Part shown: one piece after another, positions 1 to 13,166 of the stretch
How positions within the stretch are numbered: the stretch's first letter is position 1
How the letters are laid out: each line of letters opens with the position of its first letter
Assembly: GCA_964016885.1 (NCBI GenBank)
Contig: OZ024760.1
Coordinates: 20,274,001-20,338,000, forward strand
DNA: 64,000 nucleotides
Direction: 5' to 3'
DNA from: Eledone cirrhosa
Lineage: Eukaryota
Made by a program: the position numbers and the translations under genes
The notes under the pieces: generated by a model
Told to the model about the DNA's origin: nothing
Databases searched by the model: none
Seen by the model: only the letters and a program-made list of their open reading frames with translations

Positions 1-13
1 CAACAAAACTTAC

Positions 14-244
14 CTCTGATAAATTACAGAATGAGGTACTACAGAGTATTTCAAGAGCGTTCCGGTCTATGAATTCCTTACACACCTGACTGAGTGAGAC
101 CAAACTATACATATTAGCCAGGTCATATATCAGACAGACGTTCTGTATGTTAAGTGTGGCTTTAAGATAATCAGAGATGGAAGATTCCAGCTCCACAAAG
201 CCATATTGATGAGCTAGGCCTAAAATGTCCAATAGATTCTCTTC
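14..244 (-). CDS. BTBD9: BTBD9 exon, end of BTB and BACK domain (EENLLDILGLAHQYGFVELESSISDYLKATLNIQNVCLIYDLA...)
   Basis: Translated by hand (not in ORF track): 77 open codons, AG/GTAAGT boundaries, matches BTBD9-type LAHxYGFxELExSxSxYL. Gene continues beyond position 1. Confidence 0.92.
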
Positions 245-602
245 CTAAATGGAAATAAATAATAAATATATAGTACCCTGCATAATCGATGGTATAGAGA
301 CATCAACTCACACAAACACATCAACATATACTCTCACACATATACACACTGTCACACATATACACACTGTCACACATATACACGCTCTCACACACACTCA
401 TAGTCATACATACATACACACACATGCATACACACTCACACTCAGAGACGTAAATACACACATATACATACACACTCTCACACTCATGGAGACATAGATA
501 CACACATATACATACACACTCTCACACTCATAGAGACATAGATACACACATATACATACACACTCTCACACTCATGGAGACATAGATACACAGACAGACA
601 GT

Positions 603-853
603 CCTTACCTTGGCTTCCACCAAATACATTTACTGTACACATATATACACACACCACAGAGAGGCACCACAGACAGAAGCACACATGCAGATACACAGAC
701 ACAGACACACACACTCCTTACCTTAGCTTCCACCAAATTAATACGTCCACTGCACAGACACACACACACACACACACACCAGACACACACACACCACAGA
801 CACACACACTCCTTACCTTAGCTTCCACCAAATTAATACGTCCACTGTACATA

Positions 854-916
<63 letters not shown>

Positions 917-1178
917 CTTACCTTAGCTTCCACTAAATTAATACGTCCACTGTACATATATATACAGACACACACATACACACACACACTCCTTACCTTA
1001 GCTTCCACTAAATTAATACGTCCACTGTACATATACACACACACACACACACACTCCTTACCTTAGCTTCCACTAAATTAATACGTCCACTGTACATATA
1101 CACACACACACAGACACACACACACACACACACTCCTTACCTTAGCTTCCACTAAATTAATACGTCCACTGTACATAT
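603..1178. repeat. Tandem copies of BTBD9 exon end plus donor, separated by (CA)n
   Basis: CTCCTTACCTTAGCTTCCACYAAATTAATACGTCCACTG at about 715, 809, 914, 989, 1054 and 1133, with a diverged copy at 603. Confidence 0.95.
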
Positions 1179-1276
1179 ATTTGCGTAAGGCATCAAATGC
1201 TTTAGCAGAAGTGTTCTGCAGTTCTATCTTCTTTGTTCCTGGCTGCGACTCCAACATTCCGCCATATAGCAATGCT
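1141..1276 (-). CDS. BTBD9: BTBD9 exon, BTB domain (ALLYGGMLESQP...KYMYSGRINLVEAK)
   Basis: ALLYGGMxESQP is characteristic of BTBD9; AG/GTAAGG boundaries; phase 2 to 0. Confidence 0.92.
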
Positions 1277-1457
1277 CTGAACAATTCAAAAGAAAACCGT
1301 CAGGAGTCAACAACACAACAAGTATTTTGATATCATTTTACACAGCTGGGGTTGGCTAAAGTAGGTGAGTTTTGAGAGCTTTAGCCCTGCAGGTCACATA
1401 ATGTTTGTTTTATGTTCAGATGCCCTTCCTGATTGACACAAAACCTATTACTTACAA

Positions 1458-1992
1458 CACACAGTGGTATGGTGCACCTGTACACAGTGGTATAGTGTAC
1501 CTGTACACAGTGGTATAGTGTACCTGTACACAGTGGTATAGTGTACCTGTACACAGTGGTATAGTGTACCTGTACACAGTGGTATAGTGTACCTGTACAC
1601 AGTGGTATAGTGTACCTGTATACAGTGGTATAGTGCACCTGTACACAGTGGTATAGTGTACCTGTATACAGTGGTATAGTGTACCTGTATACAGTGGTAT
1701 AGTGTACCTGTATACAGTGGTATGGTGCACCTGTACACAGTAGTATAGTCTACCTGCACACAGTGATATAGTGCACCTGTACACAGTGGTATAGTGTACC
1801 TGTATACAGTGGTATAGTGTACCTGTATACAGTGGTATAGTGTACCTGTACACAGTGGTATGGTGCACCTGTACACAGTAGTATAGTCTACCTGCACACA
1901 GTGATATAGTGTACCTGTACACTGTGATATAGAATACCTGTACACACAGTGATATGGTGTACCTATACACACTAGGGATACAGTGTACCTGT
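1458..1992. repeat. 23-bp minisatellite (ACAGTGGTATAGTGTACCTGTAC)
   Basis: About 23 tandem units. Confidence 0.95.
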
Positions 1993-2683
1993 TCTAAACT
2001 GGATACACACTAATTACATATATTCCTGATAACATATATGGAAGCATCCAGTCCACACCGTAAAATGGTCATGTAGGTGTCACAACAAAAAACACCCAGT
2101 TCACATGGATCAAATTCGACAATACAGGCAGTCTGCTAGTGCTGACTAATAATACAGACATCAGAACCGATGTCAGATCAGATAATACAGGCAGTCGTAG
2201 TGCTGACTAATAATACAGACATCAGAACCGATGTCAGATATATCATCATTTCATCATTTCATTTTACGTCTGCTTTTCCCTGCTTGCAAGGGTGGGACGG
2301 GAACAGATTCTGGCTTGATTTCTACAGCTGGATGCCCTTCCTAACACCAACCTCATTTACAGTGAGTGCTGGGTGCTTTTTTGCCGTGGCACCTCCACGA
2401 CCACTTTACAGTGGAATGATAGGGACCCCAGTCCCTATCATCTCATTTCTACAGCTGAGTAAACTGGAGCAATGTGAAATAAAGTGTCTTGCTCAAGGAA
2501 ACAACACATCACCCGGTCTGAGAATTGAACTCACAACCTTTCAATTGCAAGACCAATGCTCTAACCACTAAGCCATGTGCCTCCATTATATATATATAAA
2601 CTATGTTTATTCCCTTTCAGAAACTAATTAGTTGGAGTGAAATTTTAGTAAGTAAGTTAATTTTATAATTTTCTTATTTTACG

Positions 2684-2758
<75 letters not shown>

Positions 2759-2787
2759 AAAGAATAGAGGTGTAACACACAAGTTAT

Positions 2788-2931
2788 TATATATTGGTAA
2801 ACGGAATAGAAAATGCTGACAAATTGTTCACAGTTGAAAAATGGTTTAATTAGGAATAAAAGAGTATTTTTATTCCTAATTAAACCATTTTTCAACTGTG
2901 AACAATTTGTCAGTATTTTCTATTCCGTTTA

Positions 2932-2940
<9 letters not shown>
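2788..2940. repeat. Near-perfect palindrome between two (TA)n tracts
   Basis: About 70-bp arms and a loop of a few nt near 2865; no ribozyme core visible. Confidence 0.85.
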
Positions 2941-2986
<46 letters not shown>

Positions 2987-3025
2987 TCGTCATCAACATC
3001 ATCGTATATTATAAAGAAAACCAAC

Positions 3026-3240
3026 CTGAAATATTCAGATCTTGCAGCCAAAATGACTTTGTGACATTTAAAGTTAACTCCTTCCACACACAGGACTATG
3101 TCACTGAACTCCGATTTTTCAATCAAGTCAGCAAGGTTCTCCGACAATGAGTTGACATGATCTACAATCCCCGACGGAAAAGCTGACCGCCTCAGATGAT
3201 GTTCCGGTGTTTGTAAGTTGAGTCCTCTAAACGTTGACCA
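3026..3240 (-). CDS. BTBD9: BTBD9 exon, start of BTB domain (WSTF...DHVNSLSENL...SDIVLCVEGVNFKCHKVILAARSEYFR)
   Basis: HKVILAARSEYFR BTB motif; TTTGCAG acceptor and GT donor; phase 0 to 2. Confidence 0.92.
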
Positions 3241-4648
3241 CTGCAAATAGAAAAAAAGAAAGAACTTGGTTACGTCCCCAAAGAAACTGGGATTACAGAC
3301 GGGCCTCTCCTGTAAGGACCTCCTCTTCTATAAGGAAGGACCTGTCATAACTTATTAAGATGAAATAAAATAAAAGAAAATTACCCTCCCTCCCTTTGGT
3401 CACAAATGTCGAAGATATTTGCACCTAGATAGTTCCCTTGCGAGGCACAAGTCCAGGTGTACCTAGATAATTCCCCCCAGAGGCACAAGTCTGGGCAAGG
3501 TTGTTTGTGGAAGAGCAGCACTCACCCATACATACCGATCTCATCTCTCCACACCGCCAATGTTGTCCAAGGGAAAGGCAATGGCAGATAGGCACCAGAG
3601 ACATTGCAACATAGACATACATTATATATACACTATATGTACACTATATATACATTATATATACACCACATGACAACTATATATACACTATATATGCTGT
3701 TGTCCAAGAGAAAGGTAAAGGCTGATACAGCATGGCACCAGTGACGTCACAACTCATTTCTACAGCCAAGTAAACTGTATTTCAGGGACTCTGCTGTTGG
3801 AATGGTTTGGATCCCTTGTCTACCCAGTCAGGGCTGACCTGGTGTTCAACAATAACACTATTAAAGAAAATTTCGCTTCGAGCATAGCTTTATACAATAT
3901 GTATGGTAGTTTTTATGAAGCCGTTAGCCCCCCGGTGTTTACATAGCTACGGCTTCATAAAAACTTCCATAAATAACACTATTGTACTGTAATATAAGGT
4001 TAGGGGGCTCTGATCCCTTGTCTACCCTTGTATACTCAATCGAGGCTGACCTGGTGTTCAACAATAACACTATTGTACTGTAATATAGGGTTAGGGGGTT
4101 CTGATCCCTTCTCTACCCAATCAGGCCTGACCTGGTGTTATAAGGTTACAGGGTTCTGCTCTTCTAGGGCTGAAGGAACATCAACTAGACTATAGCCTAT
4201 TATTATATGGGGTACTATATACTATACAGGGTACTATATATTATGACAGTTGGCAGGTAAGGAATATACTGTACTGATGAAGGGTAATCACCCAGAAACA
4301 GTGTCTGCAGTTCTGTTTACATGCCAATACAAGAGCAAGAATGACGGAGTCATTCTACTGACATGGCTTAAAAAGATGCTGTTTGCATAATTGCAAACGA
4401 ATCGGCAGTATCTGTAGAGGGTCGGACACCATGCTTTGCAGCATAGAGTTACGGCCCTTTATAATATAAGTTCAAATCCCGCCGAAGTTAACTTTGCCTT
4501 TCATCCTTACGGGGTCGATAAAATAAAGTACCAGTAATGTATTGGGAAATTACTGGCCTTGTGCCAAATGTAGAAAGCATTATTATTAATATTCGAAAAA
4601 ACTCAGATTACATTTATTGTATTCAGCCATGTAGATCGCAAAACTATT

Positions 4649-4697
<49 letters not shown>

Positions 4698-4765
4698 AAA
4701 AAATAAACAATATATATATATACAAACACACACACACGCATATATATATATATATATATATATAT

Positions 4766-5171
4766 GAAAAGTTATATTTAAAATTGTTGGGTTACAACTA
4801 GTAAATATTTATAATATTAAATAAGTGGAAACTACACCCATAAAACCATATTTATTTCATTATATATATTTCAGGGATATCATATTAACAATATGCTATG
4901 CCTTCCTCAGACAAAATACAATATAAACAGTTCTATAGATAAATAGATTCGACATACCGTAATAACATCGACTTGCATTTGAAGAGGTTGATATGCCATA
5001 TCAACCTCTTCAAATGCAAGTCGATGTTATTACGGTATGTCGAATCTATTTATCTATAGAACTGTTTATATTGTATTTTGTCTGAGGAAGGCATAGCATA
5101 TTGTTAATATGATATCCCTGAAATACATATAATGAAATAAATATGGTTTTATGGGTGTAGTTTCCATTTAT

Positions 5172-5182
<11 letters not shown>
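4766..5182. mobile_element. Fold-back element in (TA)n, family A (Penelope-like pLTR fragment)
   Basis: Near-perfect palindrome 4810-5182 centred at 4996 with a 1-nt loop, unpaired tail 4766-4809, TA runs on both sides, hammerhead motif. Confidence 0.7.
5067..5145 (+). ncRNA. Type I hammerhead ribozyme motif (family A); mirror copy on minus strand at about 4847-4925
   Basis: CTGAGGA 5082-5088, stem II AGGcATAgCATATT/AATATGaTATcCCT, GAAA 5120-5123, short stem III, AUA site, stem I TATTTTGT/ATGAAATA. Confidence 0.7.
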
Positions 5183-5216
<34 letters not shown>

Positions 5217-5217
5217 T

Positions 5218-5295
5218 ACAGGGTATCCCAAAAAAGGTATACAAACATCAACAGCATTGAAATCAAAGTGTGTATACATTTGGGGGACACTGTAT
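5218..5295. mobile_element. Tiny Tc1/mariner-type MITE; copies at about 9001-9078, 9606-9683, 58033-58138, partial 8780-8816
   Basis: CAGGGTGTCCCAAAAA-like TIRs flanked by TA. Confidence 0.7.
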
Positions 5296-5504
5296 ATATA
5301 ACGATAGCCTTTGGTGGAATGTGTGTTAAAGTTTATATACGTCAATAGATCCAACACAACAACAACAACAACAGTAACAATAGCCAGGTAAAGTTTCTAT
5401 ATCAACCAACATTCCTGACATATGCAGTGTTATTCTATATCTACCTTTATATACTGTGACGTACAGCTTGCTAGAGGAACACCTTGGGTTGTAGCTGCTT
5501 TATA

Positions 5505-5621
5505 TATACTGTATATATATACACACAGCTATATACATACATACACGTACATGTGTATATATACTATAAACACACATATATATATATACGCATACTGTAA
5601 AAAACACACATATATATTACA

Positions 5622-5658
<37 letters not shown>

Positions 5659-5755
5659 CTATATACATACATACACATACATGTGTATATATACTATAAA
5701 CACACATATATATATATATATACGCATACTGTAAAAAACACACATATATATTACA

Positions 5756-5810
<55 letters not shown>

Positions 5811-5925
5811 CTATATACATACATACACATACATGTGTATATATACTATAAACACACATATATATATATACGCATACTGTAAAAAACACACATATATATT
5901 ACATGCATATATATATATATATACA
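5505..5925. repeat. Triplicated unit of about 130-150 bp containing (TA)n
   Basis: ACAGCTATATACATACATACAC...ACGCATACTGTAAAAAACACAC...TTACATGC occurs three times. Confidence 0.85.
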
Positions 5926-6396
5926 CACATACATATACATTTATATATAGACATACATAGATATACACACACACAGTTATACTCACACATGTACACACAC
6001 ACATATACATATGTCAACACACAATTCTACATTTATATATATATATATATACACACACACTTTACATATTTCTCCATCAAGCAGGTGTGTTATCTGTTAT
6101 AAACAACACCACACGACCACCTTCTAATTAAGACACCTGGAGTAGTACACTATAAACACCACTAATTAGTTAAATATTTAACTAATTAATTATTTAACTA
6201 ATTATTCCTACCATATTCTAAGTCTCCAGTTAAAATTATTTTGAAATAATTTTCACCAATGATATCTTTCATAAAAGTACAAAGGTCACTCTTCTCTGTT
6301 ATCTGATTATATATACACACACACGTATATGTGTGTGTGTATATACACACACATATACATGTGTGTGTATATATACACACACATATACGTGTGTGT

Positions 6397-6438
<42 letters not shown>

Positions 6439-6692
6439 GCGAAAGTCCAGCGTAACGAAACTCCCTTTTTAGCCTTAATATAAATGAATATATATGTGTG
6501 TGTGGAGAGAGAGAGAGAGAGATAGACATGCATGTATATAAACATATATAGTGAAATTTCGTTATAACGAAAAATTCTTTATAACGAGATCCACCTAATA
6601 CATCGAGCGTGTGATCGGGGATTGAAAAAAATTTCGTTAGAAAGGATTTTACCTGAATATACACATACATATATATTTATATATAGAGGGAG

Positions 6693-7426
6693 ATAGGAAA
6701 AAGTATGATCCCGACGGCAGAGCTCAAGCCGTTTCGACGGCTATTTCTGGACATAGCCGTCGAAACGGTGTGAGCTCTGCCGTCGGGGTCATACTTTTTC
6801 CTATTACCCACTCTACTACCCTAAGTATTGAGTACTCTGGTGCGTTATGGTCCATCTGGTTCCTTACCACAACTCCTTCGTTATATATATAGAGAGAGAG
6901 ACATACATATATAAACAAACAAACATATATACATAAACACATACATGCATACACACACACACACATACACATTAGGGTTTACAGTGTGAGTGTGGTTTGA
7001 CTGTTATGTCTAGCAGGTCGAGTGACCATGTAGTAGTAGAGGAATGTAGAGGAAACCCCCCAAAGTTAAAATGTAGAGTTAGTCACGAAAGGAATTTATA
7101 GATAACATTAAAAGATAGTCAAATATTTTAGTAGCTATTAATATTTATTTGCTATATAAGTAGTGGGGTCGAAGTGGCATCGGGGCCTGACACACGGCAG
7201 GCTTGGGACATTTTGAAATACCTGGCGGAGATCTTCAGTCTCCAGGTGTGAAAACAGCCAAGGCCTTCCATAGAAAGAACGAAAGAAAGAAAGAGAGATA
7301 GAGGAAGAATTGACCACAGTACACGACTGGTACTTTATTTATCGATCTCGAAAGGACGACAAGGTCTTAACAATATTACCACCATACAAGAACATTTACG
7401 CTGTAAGCTGGACCCGCTAGAAACAT

Positions 7427-7459
<33 letters not shown>

Positions 7460-7919
7460 ACGAAGGAGTTGTGGTAAGGAACCAGAGTTGTGGTAAGGAA
7501 CCATAACGCACCAGAGTACTCAATACTTAGGGTAGTAGAGTGGGTAATAGGAAAAAGTATAACTGCGACGGCAGAGCTCAAGCCGTTTCGACGGCTATTT
7601 CTGGACTGAAATAGCCGTCGAAACGGCTTGTGCTCTGCCGTCGGGATCATACTTTTTCCTATATATATATATATATATATATATATAGGAACCGGTAAGA
7701 CCCCGACGGCTGAGCTCAAGCCGTTTCGACGGCTAATTCTGGACTAATAAAAAAAAAAAAAAAAAAAAGATTTTTTTTTAGTCCAGAATTAGCCGTCGAA
7801 ACGGCTTGAGCTCAGCCGTCGGGGTCTTACTGGTTCCTATTACCCACTCTACTACCCTAAGTATTGAGTACTTTGGTGCGTTATGGTCCACCTGGTTCCT
7901 TACCACATTTCCTTCGTTA
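6693..7919. mobile_element. Three copies of a short fold-back element, family C (6693-6882, 7459-7661 inverted, 7685-7919)
   Basis: Shared tail ...TACCCACTCTACTACCCTAAGTATTGAGTACT...CCTTCGTT(AT)n and a 5' hairpin built on GACGGC..GAGCTC..GCCGTTTCGACGGCTA. Confidence 0.7.
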
Positions 7920-8363
7920 TATATATATATATATATATAACGATAACCTTTGGTGGAATGTGTGTTAAAGTTTATATACGTCAATAGATCCATCACAACG
8001 ACAGTAATAATAGCCAGGTAAAGTTTCAAAAGCCAGTATATATTTATAAGGTTCCTAGTAATAATTTATTGTATATATTATATGTGTTTATATTTTCATT
8101 CTGTAAGAATTATAAATAATTTGTAATGTTGTTTATTTATACAGCTGTGAATAAAGTTTATATACATACCGATTGTGTTGTTATTTCCGTTTATATATAT
8201 ATATATAAGATTAAAAGTTTAACAAGGTTCAATGAATTCATCAATGAATAAAGCTTCACAATAGATTATAAGCACTCTACAGTGAGGTTTTCTTGAGTTA
8301 TTAATATTACTTCAAAATATTAATAAATAGACATTGAATGTCTATATTATTAATATTTTGAAG

Positions 8364-8395
<32 letters not shown>

Positions 8396-8397
<2 letters not shown>

Positions 8398-8695
8398 AAA
8401 GTTATATTTAAAATTGTTGGGTTACAACTAGTAAATATTTATAACTGATATAAAAGCACTCGACAAATATTTGGAGTATATTTACAATATTAAATAAATG
8501 GAAACTATATTTATAAAACCATATTTATTTCATTATATATATTTCGGGGATATCATATTAACAATATGCTATGCCTTCCTCAGACAATATTGTATTTTGT
8601 CTGAGGAAGGCATAGCATATTGTTAATATGATATCCCCGAAATATATATAATGAAATAAATATGGTTTTATAAATATAGTTTCCATTTATTTAAT

Positions 8696-8701
<6 letters not shown>
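8396..8701. mobile_element. Fold-back element in (TA)n, family A
   Basis: Inverted repeat 8483-8701; same sequence family as 4766-5182 with a different inversion point. Confidence 0.7.
8587..8662 (+). ncRNA. Type I hammerhead ribozyme motif (family A); mirror copy in left arm
   Basis: CTGAGGA 8601-8607, GAAA 8639-8642, palindromic ATATATAT stem III. Confidence 0.65.
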
Positions 8702-8729
<28 letters not shown>

Positions 8730-8892
8730 TATGAAAATAGAGAAATTAATGTAAGCAAAATGTCAACAATAATTTAGACATATCAAAGTGTGTATACATT
8801 TTTGAGGAACACCCTATGTTATGTGTGCGTATATCTATATATAGTTTCTTGAAACCTTTGGTAATGGAATAATTATATTGTGTTGTAATCAA

Positions 8893-8953
<61 letters not shown>

Positions 8954-9102
8954 AGGTGTCCCCAATATATATATATATATACACACATATATATATATAT
9001 ACAAGTTGTCCCCAAAAAGGCATACATACTTTTATTAGAATGCTGTTGAGGTGTGAATACATTTTTTGGGACAGCCTGTGTATATATATATATATGTGTG
9101 TG

Positions 9103-9532
9103 TGTGTGTTAAGTATTTCCATACAAAAGGTAAAGGAAAGAAGAGTGCTCTATGTATTGTACAGAGCTATTTAATTACATAATAAACAACACAACATAAT
9201 TATCCCATTACCAAAGGTTTCAAGAGACAAGACGATCCTTACAGAAACGTCCAGCCCATTCATCAGATGAAATAGTTATGTCTTGGATATAAGTTTTGAA
9301 ATTGGTATCATTATCATTTTTAATAAATATCAATTTCAAAACTTATATCCAAGACATAACTATTTCATCTGATGGACGGGCTGGATGTTTCTGTAAGGAT
9401 CGTCTTGTCTCCTGAAACCTTTGGTAATGGGATAATTATGTTGTGTTGTTTATTATGTAATTAAATAGCTCTGTACAATACATAGAGCACTCTTCTTTCC
9501 TTTACCTTTTGTATGGAAATACTTAACACACA
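9103..9532. mobile_element. Fold-back element, family B
   Basis: About 200-bp arms with a short spacer near 9317; hammerhead motif; microsatellite flanks. Confidence 0.7.
9196..9280 (-). ncRNA. Type I hammerhead ribozyme motif (family B); plus-strand mirror 9354-9440 has A9>G
   Basis: Minus strand reads cataactatttcat-CTGATGA-stem II-GAAA-CCtttGG-TA-atgggataattatg; GUA site, 14-bp stem I. Confidence 0.78.
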
Positions 9533-9536
9533 TATA

Positions 9537-9588
<52 letters not shown>

Positions 9589-9968
9589 TACATATATATA
9601 TATACACAGGATGTCCCCAAAAATGTATACACACCTCAACAGCATTCTAATAAAAGTATGTATGCCTTTTTGGGGACACCTTGTATATATATATATGCGT
9701 GTGTGTGTGTATAAAATATATATATATACATACATACATATATATATATATATAAGTGTGTATATATATATATACATCATACATACATATAAGTGTGTAT
9801 GTATGTATATATATATATATATATATACACATCATACATACATATAAGTGTGTATGTATATATATATACACATCATACATACATATAAGTGTGTATGTAT
9901 ATATATATATATATACACTTATATGTATGTATGATGTATATATATATATACATCATACATACATATAA

Positions 9969-10008
<40 letters not shown>

Positions 10009-11748
10009 CATACATATACATATATATATATACAGTCAGTAAACAGTAAAAGACATTTATTTACCTCAGTAACACATCTCTTCCCGTCGTTTCCTAAACA
10101 TTAATGACAACAACAATAACAACTGTGGTTTCTGATTTAGGTACAAGGCCAACCATTTTCATTAAGTCGACCCCAAAAAGTTACTGGTACTTTATTTTAT
10201 CGGCTCCCGTAAATAATAACAATATTTTGACGGATAAAAAGCCGAGGCCTATTTTTGGTAATGAAATACGGTATGGGGTGTAAAGTGGTGATGATTATAT
10301 ATATATATGTGTGTGTAGAATATATATATCAACAGTAAAGAGATTTTAAACACACAGACAATGACAGAGAGACGGTGACAGAGAGAGAGACAGACAGAGA
10401 GACGGTGACAGAGAGAGACAGACAGAGAGACGGTGACAGACAGAGAGAGAGAGAGAGAGAGACAGGCATAAATAGTGAAAGCCATGCAACTACAGTCAAA
10501 ACATCTTTATAGACGAGGGTACCAACTGCCTCGTTTAAAAACATATATATACGAAGGTAAAAGTTCATAGGGCTGACTATGAAGGAGAGATGCTAGAGCT
10601 GTGAAATCTTGTATGTCATTAATTTCAACTCTTCCGTCCAGGGACTATATTGAAAAAATAAACCTCATTTGGTCATTCCATGAGAGTACCTTGGTCAAAC
10701 TATCAACTTTTCATCCGATCCGACCCTCGTAGACTAGAGTAGAAACTCCTTCGTTTCAAAACATTAGACTAGAGTACTAACTCCCTCATTTAAACACACA
10801 CACACACACATTATATACACACACAAACACACATATATATATATATAACTACAATAAAACATCTATATAGATAGGGAACGAACTCCCTCCTTTAAAACAT
10901 CTAATTTGACCTCACCTCATAAAAACCAACACAATAATAACATTTGGGGGATATTTTTGTTGTTTTCTCATCAGGCATAAACAATGACATCTCTCTATTA
11001 GGAGAGTTTTTCTTCTACCTCTGCCATGATCTGATTTCAAATCCTGCCGAGGTTAGCTTTGCCTTTCATCCTTACAGGGGTCGATAAAATAAAGTATCAG
11101 TCATACACTGGGTTCGATAAAATAAAGTACCAGTAACACGCTGATATCGATTTAATTGACTTTACCCTCTCCTAAAATTCTTGTCCTTGTGTCTAAACGA
11201 GACACCATTATTGTAACCTTAGTCTCTGATGTAAATTATATTTTACACACAAAAACAAAGCCTCGAAACCTACGCAGTACCCCGTCCTGCGTCAGTACCC
11301 CCAAAACTACACAGTACCCCCGTCAGCCCTCGGTGGCTAATATTTATAATTATCGGTGGCTATTATTTATAATTATTATTCATTATTTATTTAGGTTAAT
11401 GAAGAAATACCCTAGCTGGGAATCGAACCTGTGTCGTCAAGCTTACATTCGATATATAAACAGAATTCAAATAGAAAGATCGAAGAAATTATTTCGTAAT
11501 AGAAATTCCTGCTGTTTAGTACGTGCCTCAAATAGCAACTGTCATTAATATTAGTATTGTTAGTACAATTACTATTGTTGTTAGTGTTATACCTTTTATA
11601 GTATGGAAGGCTATTGGTGTCAATAATTCACATTCTGACTGATTATAATTACAAAATGTATGTATGTGCGCGTGTGTGTTTGTGTGCGTGTTTGGGAGTG
11701 CGTGTGCATATCTACCTGTGTTTGTGTGCGCGTGTGTATGTGAATGTT

Positions 11749-11779
<31 letters not shown>

Positions 11780-12530
11780 TTGTGCAAGTGTTTATGTCAG
11801 CATGTGTTTGTGTTTTGGCAAGTGAATGAATGTTTGTGCATGTCTGTATGTGAGTCTTCATATGAAGTTGTATTCAAAACAAATCACAAAACCACATATT
11901 TTATAGATTGGGAATATTTTATTACCTTAATCAACTCCAGTAATTGATTGATGATACTTTTTTCATCGATACCGGAGGATGTAATTACATACACATAGAT
12001 ACATAAACATACATACACACATATATTCACACGTGCATACATATAAACAGACATACATATACAAACATGCATTCAATAGATACACACATACAAACATATA
12101 TATTCACGCATACATATACATATAAAAACATATATATATATATGCCTCTATATACACACACAAACATGCATTCATACACACACACACACGCGTATTCACA
12201 TACGCATATATATATATATATCTATATATATACATACATACACACACACATCCACAAACAAATCAATGGTAATGTTAAAACTGAACAGATTTAAACAAAA
12301 ATACAAACGACGGTAACTAAATTTATTAACCACAAAGAAAACATTAAAGACGACACAGGATGAAAGGAAGATCTAACCTCGGCGTGATTTGAATTCAGAA
12401 AGTAAAGGGCCTTGAATTCATTAGTATACTGGGCCCCTAATTTTTACAACAGAGTTTGGCTCTGATTAACGTACAAAGAGCTTTAAGTTGAGGGTAAATT
12501 CTTAAAACCTATCCTCTAGACAGGGTCTAC

Positions 12531-13166
12531 GCCTGTCCCCTAGACTGAGGTGGGGGTCACCACAGAATTAAAGATAAATTCTCAATATCACACCTGTCCC
12601 CTAGACTGGGGTGGGGGTCACCACAGAATTAAAGATAAATTCTCAATATCACACCTGTCCCCTAGACTGGGGTGGGGGTCACCACAGAATTAAAGATAAA
12701 TTCTCAATATCACACCTGTCCCCTAGACTGGGGTGGGGGTCACCACAGAATTAAAGATAAATTCTGAATATTACACCTGTCCCCTAGACTGGGGTGGGGG
12801 TCACCACAGAATTAAAGATAAATTCTCAATATTACACCTGTCCCCTAGACTGGGGTGGGGTCACCACAGAATTAAAGATAAATTCTGAATATTACACCTG
12901 TCCCCTAGACTGGGGTGGGGTCACCACAGAATTAAAGATAAATTCTCAATATTACACCTGTCCCCTAGACTGGGGTGGGGTCACCACAGAATTAAAGATA
13001 AATTCTCAATATTACACCTGTCCCCTAGACTGGGGTGGGGTCACCACAGAATTAAAGATAAATTCTCAATATTACACCTGTCCCCTAGACTGGGGTGGGG
13101 TCACCACAGAATTAAAGATAAACTCTCAATATTACACCTCTCTCCTAGACTGGGGTCACCACAGAA
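12531..13166. repeat. 60/61-bp minisatellite
   Basis: CACCTGTCCCCTAGACTGGGGTGGGGTCACCACAGAATTAAAGATAAATTCTCAATAT.. about 10 copies. Confidence 0.95.
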
